Source: Gekko japonicus
Taxonomy: Eukaryota
NCBI RefSeq assembly: GCF_001447785.1
Contig: NW_015162102.1
Span: 3,615 to 67,614 of the forward strand
Reading direction: 5' to 3'
Length of the DNA: 64,000 bases
How positions within the stretch are numbered: the stretch's first letter is position 1; the number at the start of each line of letters is the position of its first letter. The position numbers were made by a program, and so were the translations under genes. Shown here piece by piece: positions 22,755 to 33,531 of the stretch. A model generated the notes under the pieces. The model had not been told where the DNA came from and searched no databases. It saw only the letters and a list, made by a program, of their open reading frames with translations.

Positions 22755-23816
22755 TACCTAGCTTGCTATAGTTGTTAGACAAGTAATGTTCAATCCCTGT
22801 TCCCCCATTGCCCTTCTTTCTGAGAAATAGCGCAAAGTTAATATTTCTGAAACTCCACTGATTCAATGAGTAGAGACAAATTTCACATCTGCCAAAAATG
22901 ACCTTACAATATGTTGAAAGTTATTGAAGTCCATCTTTTATTCCCCTATGACAACTAATTTTTCCTCTCATACGTAAGAAAGGACATTATTTTCTTATTT
23001 TTTCACATATAAAATTCCTGACCTTTATTCTAACCTTAACTAGAAGACACAATTTCATTACTGAGATTTTTGACTAACACTGTTTTCTTATTGTTCTGCA
23101 AATTTACAAAAATGCAGTAAAGATTAATCAAATTGTATGTTTTTTTAGCACACTCAAAAATGTCCTCAATAGCTCACATAGTGTTCACAGATTTCTAGTT
23201 CTTGTTAACATAAATTTTTGCAGTCTCTTTGCCTTAACAATGTCATGGGAATGCTAGAATGGCCTAGCTTCTGAGCACTGTCATTTATATCATGTATGCA
23301 GTACTGGAAAACTATATGATAATGTGCATACAAGTACTTTTTAATTAATGAATTTTAATAACAGTTGTTTAAATCTGGCAGAAAGAAGACAATGACACAC
23401 AGCAAATCTTATTCTAATGAAAATTAAATATTGTTGCTATTGAAGGAAGCCGAAATCTAATATATGATTTTAAGATAATCTTGTTATGTGCATGAGTGTA
23501 TCAATCAAACAATCATATATCAGTCTAATTCATCATCTTATTGAAATATAGACTTTGCCTTATTTATAGAAGAACAGCAAAAAAAGGGGGGGGGAGTCAG
23601 TGTCCAATACAAGAAGCACAAAAATAAACACCACTGACTGACAATAAGCAAGTATATAATAATCATATAAGTATACAGTAAGTATAATGTAAATCAATTG
23701 GCCAAGGTGCAGTAATGAAGCATAGTCTACAGCCTTTCCATGTGTCTTACTCCAGCATAGAAGCAATATCAAAGTCCAAATTGAAGTACATGTCATCAAA
23801 TTTTTTGAGTCATAAA

Positions 23817-23880
23817 AAGCCGACGCGTAATCCGGATGCCTGATGTCGCGTTTCGAATAATTCTTATTCAAGCATGGCTG
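23817..23880 (-). ncRNA. Hammerhead ribozyme-like motif with an extended helix III
   Basis: Minus strand: CAGCCATGC-TTGAATAA-GAA TTA TTC-GAA-ACGCG ac ATCAGG cat CCGGAT ta CGCGT-C-GGCT. The core is degenerate. Confidence 0.5.
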
Positions 23881-24523
23881 TAATGGAACTGAATGCAAAT
23901 TCAAAACATATACAAGTAAGAATGCATACAGAATATAAATATTTGATAAATTTTGGAGCTGCAAGGAAAACTCACCCCAATCTCAAAAACTGGCATATAC
24001 AAAGCCTGAAGGATCAGTCAAGGAGGATTATGGGTCCTTAACCTGCCATGTGTTGCACCTTAATTTATACCCAATTTCAGGCTGCATCCACACAGGCGAA
24101 GTTTCTAAATAGTCATAGTACCATGCAATCTACTCAAAAATCAAGAAGCAACAGGTGTACTAGGCTGCCATCGCTTAGAACAACATATTAGGTGACATTT
24201 GGGCAACTGTCATTGATTGATATAAGGTGTAAAATCCATGCTCTGATTCATGCCATAAGGATGATATGTCTTTAAATCCTTATACTAATACTGAAGTCGC
24301 CCCGTCTGTGCGGATAGCTAAATACGCACATCGGGGGGACCTGGGGGGGAGGGAGAGGTTTGTGCACACGTGGGGCGGTGCCAACGTGTGCACAAAAATC
24401 CAAAAAGTGGGGGAAAACCTCGGGGGGATGTTTAAATCCCCCCGAAAGTGCCAGAGCGTTCCATGCGCACGCGCACGAAACGCTCTGTGAACGCTGCGCG
24501 AGCCAGGAGACGGGGGAAGAGCG

Positions 24524-24630
24524 NNNNNNNNNNNNNNNNNNNNNNNNNNNNNNNNNNNNNNNNNNNNNNNNNNNNNNNNNNNNNNNNNNNNNNNNNNNNN
24601 NNNNNNNNNNNNNNNNNNNNNNNNNNNNNN
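24524..24630. other. Assembly gap
   Basis: Run of N. Confidence 1.
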
Positions 24631-26104
24631 AGCTTCTGGGAATTGTAGTCTTCGATAAGCTACTCCCCTCCCCTGAACAGGCGAGACAGTCACGTTGGGA
24701 AAGCCGACGGGGGCATGTCAGGCTGAGCGGACGTTGTTGCTCAGAATGGAAAGTGACCTCTGGAATAGAAACCCAAACCTCACTTCGGAGCCGGAGGGGG
24801 GGGAGGCCAGAGGGAGGAGATCGAGCGGGGGGGAGGATACGGGGGAGGAACCAGCAGGATGGGGGGGATTACCTTCTCCTGCTGCTTCCTCCTGCGCCTC
24901 CTGAATTCGGAGCTCAGTTTGGAGCTCCGCCTCCCCCCCCGCGAGTATCGCGGGCCACCCCTTGTTATAAATGAATCTAGTTTCCTTTTGCAAAAGGATT
25001 TGTTCAATATGTAGTTGTTAAAAGGGCTTTTTTTGTTGGCAGTATAAAATTATGAACTTCATTTCATTTGCATTATGGCCTGCCTGCATGTAATGCCCAA
25101 CCATTGGTGAATTTTCTACGTTATTGTTCACTCTGGACCGGTATTCCAGCACCCGAGTCCTAATTGCCCTAGTTGTCATGCCAATATACTTTAACCCACA
25201 GGGACAGACAGAGAGGTATATTAAATTCTTTGTTGAACAGGTTGCTGTAAAATTAAAATTGTATAAAATCCCTGTATCTTTATCAGTATAACTGCTGCCT
25301 TCTATCATATGCTGACAAGTCTTGCAATGTCTACACTTAAGGAACCCTGCAACCAAAGATACAGGGATTTTATACAATTATACAGGGTGAACAATAACGT
25401 AGAAAATTCACTGATGGTTGGGCAGAGAAGATAGGACAAGTAAGGTTAAAGCTTGACAAAACATTAGAGGCATGCAAAGAAAGAGAGAGTAAGCCTGTGA
25501 AAAGAAAGCTATATTCATTGGTAAAGAAAAAGCAAGAGGCCACACTGCAAGCAGTCACAGGCACATTGAAATTAGAGGGTGTTCTCTGCTACTTGATAAA
25601 GGTATAGGGCATTACATTTATAAAAACCAAAACGTTATTAAGTATACTAAGCCAGTTGATTCCACTGGGGCACTAGGGTTTCAAAAGGGTTGGATAATTT
25701 TATGTTCACTAGTAAAATGCATAGATAGGTGGAAGTTATATTGATTATATGGACAATTAAATTTCATACTTCAGACAGGAGGTGAGCAATTAAGGGTTCA
25801 AGGGCACAGCATCCTATCACCATGTACATCGACATGAGAAAGTGGAAGCAGATAATGTCTTATGAAGAAGACAAATGCAGCAGATTACATGAACTGTAGA
25901 ACTTGTACAAATTTTAAAATGATGCTCTTTTGTATCGGATGCACTTTTTAAGACACCTTCATATTTATGTTTTGTACTGACGATTCAATTCAGATAGAAG
26001 GATCTTATCTGAGGATGAAATTTGCCCACTTCTGTCAAAGAAAGAAACCCAAGTTTTATCCTGGATCTCTTTGCCATTAATAAAGGCACTTGTGCGTCAC
26101 TAGA

Positions 26105-26260
26105 GATAGGCTTTGGCTCAGAGCACACGTGGAAGATCTCAGGTTCAATCCCTAGCATCTTCAGTTTGTGGATTTCAAGTAGTAGGTGTTGAAAAACACA
26201 TTTATATTCATGAGACATAGGGCAGACAATTCTGAACTAGATAGATCCATGTGAGGGTAT
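26105..26260 (+). mobile_element. Old tRNA-derived SINE (Ala-like head, CR1-like tail), degraded
   Basis: GGCTTTGGCTCAG...CAGGTTCAATCCCTAGCATCTTCAG B-box region. Confidence 0.6.
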
Positions 26261-26536
26261 ACTATATAATACCTAATATATAATATAAATGTCCTCTGCA
26301 GTGGAAAATTCTACATGAGAAAAGTATTATAAAGAAGCCATAGTGACAAAGAAAGGTTCAGACCTATAAAACCAACATGTTTATTAAATGATCAGCTTCC
26401 AATGTTTTGGAATTCTGGATTTCATTATAATTCACCCTTTCAGCCTGTGCTGAATATTCCCTTAAAATAATTTTGCCAACATTATGATATTTATCACAGC
26501 CAAAAAATCCAAAAACTTATTCCCATTGACAATATT

Positions 26537-27478
26537 NNNNNNNNNNNNNNNNNNNNNNNNNNNNNNNNNNNNNNNNNNNNNNNNNNNNNNNNNNNNNNNN
26601 NNNNNNNNNNNNNNNNNNNNNNNNNNNNNNNNNNNNNNNNNNNNNNNNNNNNNNNNNNNNNNNNNNNNNNNNNNNNNNNNNNNNNNNNNNNNNNNNNNNN
26701 NNNNNNNNNNNNNNNNNNNNNNNNNNNNNNNNNNNNNNNNNNNNNNNNNNNNNNNNNNNNNNNNNNNNNNNNNNNNNNNNNNNNNNNNNNNNNNNNNNNN
26801 NNNNNNNNNNNNNNNNNNNNNNNNNNNNNNNNNNNNNNNNNNNNNNNNNNNNNNNNNNNNNNNNNNNNNNNNNNNNNNNNNNNNNNNNNNNNNNNNNNNN
26901 NNNNNNNNNNNNNNNNNNNNNNNNNNNNNNNNNNNNNNNNNNNNNNNNNNNNNNNNNNNNNNNNNNNNNNNNNNNNNNNNNNNNNNNNNNNNNNNNNNNN
27001 NNNNNNNNNNNNNNNNNNNNNNNNNNNNNNNNNNNNNNNNNNNNNNNNNNNNNNNNNNNNNNNNNNNNNNNNNNNNNNNNNNNNNNNNNNNNNNNNNNNN
27101 NNNNNNNNNNNNNNNNNNNNNNNNNNNNNNNNNNNNNNNNNNNNNNNNNNNNNNNNNNNNNNNNNNNNNNNNNNNNNNNNNNNNNNNNNNNNNNNNNNNN
27201 NNNNNNNNNNNNNNNNNNNNNNNNNNNNNNNNNNNNNNNNNNNNNNNNNNNNNNNNNNNNNNNNNNNNNNNNNNNNNNNNNNNNNNNNNNNNNNNNNNNN
27301 NNNNNNNNNNNNNNNNNNNNNNNNNNNNNNNNNNNNNNNNNNNNNNNNNNNNNNNNNNNNNNNNNNNNNNNNNNNNNNNNNNNNNNNNNNNNNNNNNNNN
27401 NNNNNNNNNNNNNNNNNNNNNNNNNNNNNNNNNNNNNNNNNNNNNNNNNNNNNNNNNNNNNNNNNNNNNNNNNNNNNN
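26537..27478. other. Assembly gap
   Basis: Run of N. Confidence 1.
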
Positions 27479-27479
27479 C

Positions 27480-28030
27480 ACCATCTCAAGCTGGGTATTC
27501 CAGCAGGGTCTTTGGAATGCCGTCATCATCCAGCTCAGTGAGAACAACCTTTCTGCCTCCAAAGGAGTCATACTGGCAAAGACTACGGCTGCTGATCTGG
27601 AGACCCTTCATTCAAGGCTCCTTGAAACAATGCAGAGTCTGGACTGCTGGAACTCCAGGAGTGGCAGGGAGCAATTTCACCAGGTAAAGTAGATTTAAGG
27701 AAGATCTGCAAAGCTGCATCACAGGTCATAGAGACTTTTGGAGGTTGAATCATTAGATACCCAGACACTACATTCAGGCAAACAGCCCTCTTCAAGGCTG
27801 ATAGGGTGAATCTTTCTGAATGGGTAATGGACATCCATAGTATTCTTGATGGGCTTTTGGGTTGGCTGCAGGTGTAGGAGCATTGCCAGGAGCAGGGCAT
27901 AGGAGGTTGCACCACTCTGTGGTAAACCCCAAAAGACCAACAGGAACAACATTTATACAGGCCCTGCCCTGTGTAAATTGATGGTGCAACCAGAAGTCCA
28001 GGGAGGTAGCAGGTCAGGCCAGGGTAGAGT
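27480..28030 (+). mobile_element. Second Ngaro-type SGNH hydrolase relic
   Basis: AVIIQLSENNL..KGVILAKT, then in another frame WQGAISPGKVDLRKICKA..LFKADRVNLSEWVMDI..GLLGWLQV* (stop at 27875-27877). Same C-terminus as 8340-8594. Confidence 0.75.
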
Positions 28031-28039
28031 TGGGTAGAG

Positions 28040-28910
28040 TTGACTCTCTCTCCCCCCTCCCAAGCAAGGAAGGTGGTGTGCAAAGCAACACCACCGACCT
28101 TGCAAGCTGCACATGCATGCAGCAATTGGCTGAAACTGGCCTCCCCCCCTCTGTTGGTCTTTTGGGGTTTCTGTGTGGCACTGTGGCATGCTTGCACTGC
28201 CACAGTGCCACTTGTTCTGGAGTGTGCCACTTGTTCTCCTGGCAAACAAGCACCTCCCAAGACAGTTCACTTTCCCTGAGATTCTCTGGGAGAGTCTGAC
28301 TACTGGGTGCTGCCTGCTTGCCTGCCTTAAGTGCTGCTGGCTGGGTTTCTCCATTGGAAACAATGGAGGTAATGGGGGTAACCTGTTTGGGTGTCCATAG
28401 AATTGGGCCCACTGGTCCAATTGCTTTGGTACATGGGGGTTTATGTGGGGAGAGGCTCCCGAAGCTACCCTGAACATTTGGAGCCTCTCTCTCAAACCCC
28501 CTTACCCCCAAGAGCCACTAACAGCACCATGGGAAAAAAGTTACTTTCCCCCCACCATAGAGAACAATGGAGATGGGGCAACATGTTTAGGGACCCGTAG
28601 AATTGGACCCCCTGGTCCAATGTTCTTGAAACTTGGTAGGTATCTTGGGGAGAGGCTCCAGCACCTACCGTGCAAGTTTGGAGCCTCTCCCCCAAACCCC
28701 CTCCCCAGAATATACCCTATGTTTTTGCCATTGACTTCAATGGCCCATAGGATATAATGGGGCTGAATTGCCGTTGAATTTCGGTGGCAATTCGGCAGCA
28801 CACTGATTCAGATCAGAGATTCTGAATTAGCCCGCAGCAGCCCAAAAGGGGCCCGAATGAGCCATTTTCGGGGGTGCATTTGGTTTGGACGAACCGAATG
28901 CACATCCCTA
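28040..28910 (-). mobile_element. Non-autonomous hAT-like element (TAGGGATGTGC terminus) with internal repeats
   Basis: GCACATCCCTA terminus at about 28900-28910 and repeated AGAATTGG..CCC..GGTCCAAT and AACAATGGAG modules. The left boundary is uncertain. Confidence 0.55.
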
Positions 28911-29059
28911 ATTGCAGCATGGAACATGGTGGCCAGACCATACTTTTCAGATAATGGAAGTATATGGAAACTATCCAGTGCTGATAAATGGCAATATTCA
29001 GTCCAGCCCAGTCACCTTTAATGGCATACTGGGTATAGTAAAATACATATAGTAACAAT

Positions 29060-29710
29060 TCCAACAAACTAAAATATAATAATTAAATTAAAATACATAC
29101 AATCCAGTTTAAAAGCCTGTATCTGATTTTAATCACTTCAGCTAGAAACTTAGCAACCAAACCTGTAATTTCAGGGTTGGTGTTGTTTAAGAGATATTGG
29201 ATAATTCTATCTTTATTAACATTAGAATTAAAGATCAATGACAGTGGTAAAAGTTCCTTACGAATGGCTGTATGAAATTGGCAATCTGGAATGATACGTT
29301 GAATTGAGTCAAGAGATTTTAAGGAACAGTTACACAACCTTTCATGAAAGGGGATTTTTTGGAGTCTCCCCAGTAGCATATTGCAAGTAAATAGGTACCA
29401 CTTTGGTGGGAAGGTAACAGCATTCCGTGCATCTTGGCATTTAGTCATGCTAGCCACATGACCACGGAAATGTCTTCAGACAGCGCTGATTCTTCAGCTT
29501 GGAAATGGAAATAAGCACCGCCCCTTAGAGTCAGATTTGACTTGTTTTTGAGTAAGGGAAACCTTTAATAGCGTATTTGAGGGAAGGATGTTTAATTGAG
29601 CAAGAGTAAATGCTCTACAGTGTGAAGAAACATCAAGATTGTGAAGCAACAGAGCAGATTCTACTAATTCAAATATTTCTCAACCTGGTTCACTCATTAC
29701 AACTCAATTT
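29060..29710 (-). mobile_element. RTE-X-like 3' end (zinc finger), interrupted by a Sauria SINE
   Basis: NLDVSSHCRAFTLAQLNILPS (about 29570-29640) continues as LLGRLQKIPFHERLCNC (29083-29385). Confidence 0.75.
29383..29568 (+). mobile_element. Sauria SINE, 5'-truncated
   Basis: AAATAGGTACCACTTTGGTGGGAAGG...AAGGGAAACCTTT matches 50205-50554. Confidence 0.85.
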
Positions 29711-29739
29711 TTGCTTCTCCTGACAATTCCCCACTATAT

Positions 29740-30535
29740 CTTAATAGTACTAATTTAGGTGGTGTTCCTAGCTAGCCACCTGTAAATCCAGAGGAACTGC
29801 TTGAACTAATTGCTGAACTTAAGCTGAGTAAATCACCAGGACCAGATGGAATCCCAGCTGAAGTTCTTATTAAACATCCTCAGTGGTGATCTGTTCCATT
29901 AGCTAATCTATCTACCCTAATTAACCAACATGGGTTACTTCCACAAGCTTGGTTGAATTCCATCACTATCTCTATTTTTAAAAAAGGCAATCCCAACTGT
30001 CCAAAAAACTATAGACCGATAAGTCTTTTGTCCATAATTAGTAAACATTATGCCAAATGACTAGGAAAACGATTAAAAGATTGGATCTATTCTTATCAAA
30101 TCATCAATCCTGAACAAATCGGGTTCTCTAAAAGCAACTCCACAGTAGACCATTGTACTCTCTTAGCCTTAGTGGATAAATACATGAAATCGGGTACAAA
30201 AAAACTATATGCAGCCTTTACTGATTTGAAAAGTGCATTTGATTCGCTATCTAGACAACTATTATGGGATAAATTATAACTAATGAAGATTGACCCTCGA
30301 TTACTATTTTTTATTTAAAAACTCCATTTATCTACCTCCTGTCAAGTCAAATACTCAGAATGTGGACACTTAACAATTAAGATTCCATTTCATAGAGGAG
30401 TGAAGCAATGTTGTATCCTAGCCCCCCATCTTTTAAACTTATTCTTTAATGATCTAGCTTGTACCTGGAACCTGTCAACGGCCATCCCCCTAAACTGGGA
30501 TCTCATGCAGTACCTCTTCTACTTTATGCTGATAA
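29740..30535 (+). mobile_element. RTE-X-like RT segment, inverted relative to the adjacent 3' end
   Basis: KSPGPDGIPAE, NYRPISLLSIISK, EQIGFSK, FTDLKSAFD, GVKQCCILAP and LLYAD on the + strand. Confidence 0.8.
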
Positions 30536-30539
30536 AAGG

Positions 30540-30865
30540 CAATATGTTCCACAGGGGAGATCTGAGCCTCCTACCATAGGCCAGGTTCCAGTAGCATGCC
30601 CAAGCTACAAACCTGTTATTTCAGAAGGAGTGTAACCTCCTCCAGGACAGGTGGCTTTGCAGTCATTGAGCAGCTTCTTCATTGATCAACATCAACTCAG
30701 CCTCTTCTGGACTGACCTTCAGTTTTTTGGACCTCTTCCATCTAATTATTTTCTTCAGGCACCTATTCAGGACTTCTGCAGACCCACCTGGCTTAGCTGT
30801 TAAAGTGACATAGAGCTGGGTGTCATCCACATATTGGGTGTCATCCACATCTTTACTCCAAATCA
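30540..30865 (-). mobile_element. L2 LINE RT fragment
   Basis: YVDDTQLYVTL...LNRCLKKIIRW..KLKVSPEEAE. Confidence 0.75.
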
Positions 30866-30869
30866 CCAG

Positions 30870-32826
30870 ATGGTTTTAAAGAAGGTTTTTAAAGAAGATG
30901 AAACAATTGACCAAAATCCAGAGGACTCATTATACCAAGCAACCTTGATTAGCATCTGCCAGGGTCTCATTCTGGCAGCAGCTTTCTTTTCCATCACAAT
31001 TTGCACCCTTAGTAGCCAGGAGATCTTTCACCAAACTATCAGTCTGCAGCTGTCTCATAAGTTGCAATTTATGGAATACCGGATGTTTAGCAGCCCTACA
31101 AGCTCCATCAAACCAATTATTTCTTGGAACTGCTTTACAAACAGATGGCTTAAGTAAAAATGGAGAGAAAATTTCCATCAATCTAGAAAAGAGACCAATC
31201 CCCCTCCTATGGTCAGTGATGCTCATTATCAATGTATAAAAAGTCTGACATTCTTTTGATTCCAAGGCTACTTGGGATGGGGACCAGAGAATGGGTCTTA
31301 AACCTTTCCATTATGTTTCCAAATGGTTCATTGGACTTTTTGCTAGATAGAGAGTAGCTATCAGGGGCAAATGGTCACCTACCAAGAACTCACCAACCCC
31401 AAAGTCCATGATTAAAGGAAGAGAAGCAAAATTGACTAAACGATAATCTACGATACTACATCTTCTTATAGAAATAAAAGTAAACTCTCCAAGGGCTCAA
31501 GACCCATCCCTCCATTTAACATTACTAACAGAGTCCCTGCTTGGTTGATCTTTTGATCTCTAGTTCTTCTTTCGAAACACCCCGATAAGGTCAGTTGATA
31601 ACTCTGGGATTTTACCAAGGAGAGTCTCATCTGAGGGACCTACCCTAGCGTTAAAATCTCTCCTTTTTAAAAAAACAAACAAACCTTAGCTCTAGGAAAT
31701 TTCACAAAGAGTCCTTCAAGTAGACAGTGTAATTCTGCCCAATAGACTAGAGAGTTTGTACTGAACTAACTGGAGGGATATAGATAGAGATAAATACAAA
31801 GAATAGATTATTAATAATTAAAAGAACTGGTAAGGCCAAGGATAGTCGATTTCTAAAACCTTGGCATGAAGGGAAGTAGCCATTAAGTACACCAGCCCGG
31901 CCTGGGGGCATTCCCCCCAATTCTTACAATAGTTGGACACGTAATCGTCTAATATCCAGGAAAATAAAAAGGATACTGCTCCCAAGTTTCCTCCAGAAGG
32001 ATCACCTGGAATTCCCTTAGCCTATCTACAACCTCAAAATCCAATGAGTGATCCTTTCAGCCCACTAGGTTACAAGAGAATACCCTCAGAAACCCATTCT
32101 CATTTTTCGTTAGTCAATTATCTAGGGGTGGCAATGGGTCGACTAAGAAAGTCACTTAAGGCACTTGTGAGGGTGGAGGCAGATCAGCTGCTGGGGGGCA
32201 GTGGGTCATCTAGATTAAGCAAGCACTTAGGTGGGGAAATTTGCAGGGATGTAATAAAATCACCTAATTCAGAAACCGATCAGTTGAGAAGGGATCTTAT
32301 CTAAAACATGCTTTCCACCCAATTTCCTCTTCTCACTTGGCTTGAGAATTTCACAGGTTTCAGTTGGAGCAATTGGGGGAGTTAAAAAGGAATCATGGCC
32401 AGGAGACTTACGCTGCGCAAAAAGGGAAGGAGTACTAACATTCAAAGGAACTGGCTTCTTTTTCAAGGCGTTAGAAAGTGGCCCAAACGCCTTTCCCTGG
32501 AAGCAATCCTTACCTGAAGAACCTATTTTCCCTTGTCCCCTAACAGACTGCATAGCAGAAAAATGAAAACCTGAAGGCTTAGTTTCTTCAGATTGCACTT
32601 TTGGGGGGGTTGGAGGAGCACTCTGCATCTCTGTTTCTGCTGACATGGTACCTAAAAGTACCCTTTTCATTCTATCAAATCTTAGAATGACGTTCTGCTG
32701 TTCAGCAGAAGGTAGCTGTTTGTATGATTGGTACAGCCTTAATTCTGAAAAGTTAAGTCCCAGTTTGCTCTCTCTTGACTTGATGGGCTGTGGCAACTAC
32801 TTAGACCCAGAAGTGGTCCACTGTTA
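30870..32826 (-). mobile_element. RTE-X-like 5' part (ORF1-like region + endonuclease), degraded
   Basis: IVDYRLV and GDHLPL endonuclease motifs (about 31360-31460), NWFDGAC, and the upstream ORF 32269-32796. Confidence 0.6.
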
Positions 32827-32834
32827 ACTGGATG

Positions 32835-33531
32835 TAGGGTTGCCATGCCCCAGGTCTGGCTGGGGGTCCCCCCACTTCTGGGGGCTTCAATCCATCCCCA
32901 TCCAGCTGGCAGGAGGGAGTCCCACCTCCAAGCTGCAGCCACCTTCAGCCACCCCTCTCCCTCCCCTCCTGCAGCAATTTAAAGGGCTTCAGCTGATTGA
33001 CAGGGAACACGTGGTCTGCTGATTAGCTGAAGAGCCCTTTAAATCTTTCAGCAGGGAGGGAGAGGGGCTGTAACCAGCCGCAAGGTCTTTTTGCAAGGGG
33101 GTTGGGGTCTGTGGTGTGCGGGGCTGATTTCCCAGTGGCAATTTGCCACTTGGGAGTCAGGCCCGTGCCACAGCCCCGCTCGCTGTGAGACCTGCAGCAA
33201 GCGGGGTGGTGGCGTCTGGGCCTGAATCCCAAGCAGCAAATGGCCATTGGGAAATCAGCCCTGTGTGCTGCAGCCTCCAACCCCACTTGCAGCCCCCTCT
33301 GTCCCTGCTGACAGTTTTAAAGGGCCATCCAGCTGATCAGCAAACCACTGTTAATCAGCTAAATACCTTTACATTGCTGCAGGAGGGGAGGCAGAGGGGT
33401 GGCTGTGTCTTGAAGGAGGGCTTAGGGGCATCCCCGCCCACCCCCGAACACCCCCCAAACCCCCCCCGGAAGGGCACCCAGAACACCCCCCAAATCCCCC
33501 CCTGGAAGGACGAGGGGACCTGGCAACCCTA
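32835..33531 (+). mobile_element. hAT MITE (TAGGGTTGCCA TIR), foldback interior
   Basis: TIRs TAGGGTTGCCA / TGGCAACCCTA and 8-bp TSD ACTGGATG. Confidence 0.92.

Larger units (their letters stand above)
23560..25424 (-). mobile_element. Penelope-like element (Neptune type): zinc finger + GIY-YIG, long GC-rich 3' region
   Basis: FLKCRHCKTC...TCSTKNLIYLSVCPCGLKYIGMTTRAIRTRVLEYRS..VGHY (25018-25355). Hammerhead-like motif at about 23817-23880. Inverted patches at the 5' junction. Confidence 0.8.

Noticed and set aside
26462-27692. Long ORFs of 331-402 aa (also 58371-59185 and 24280-24974)
   Set aside because: Artefacts of N runs translated as X.
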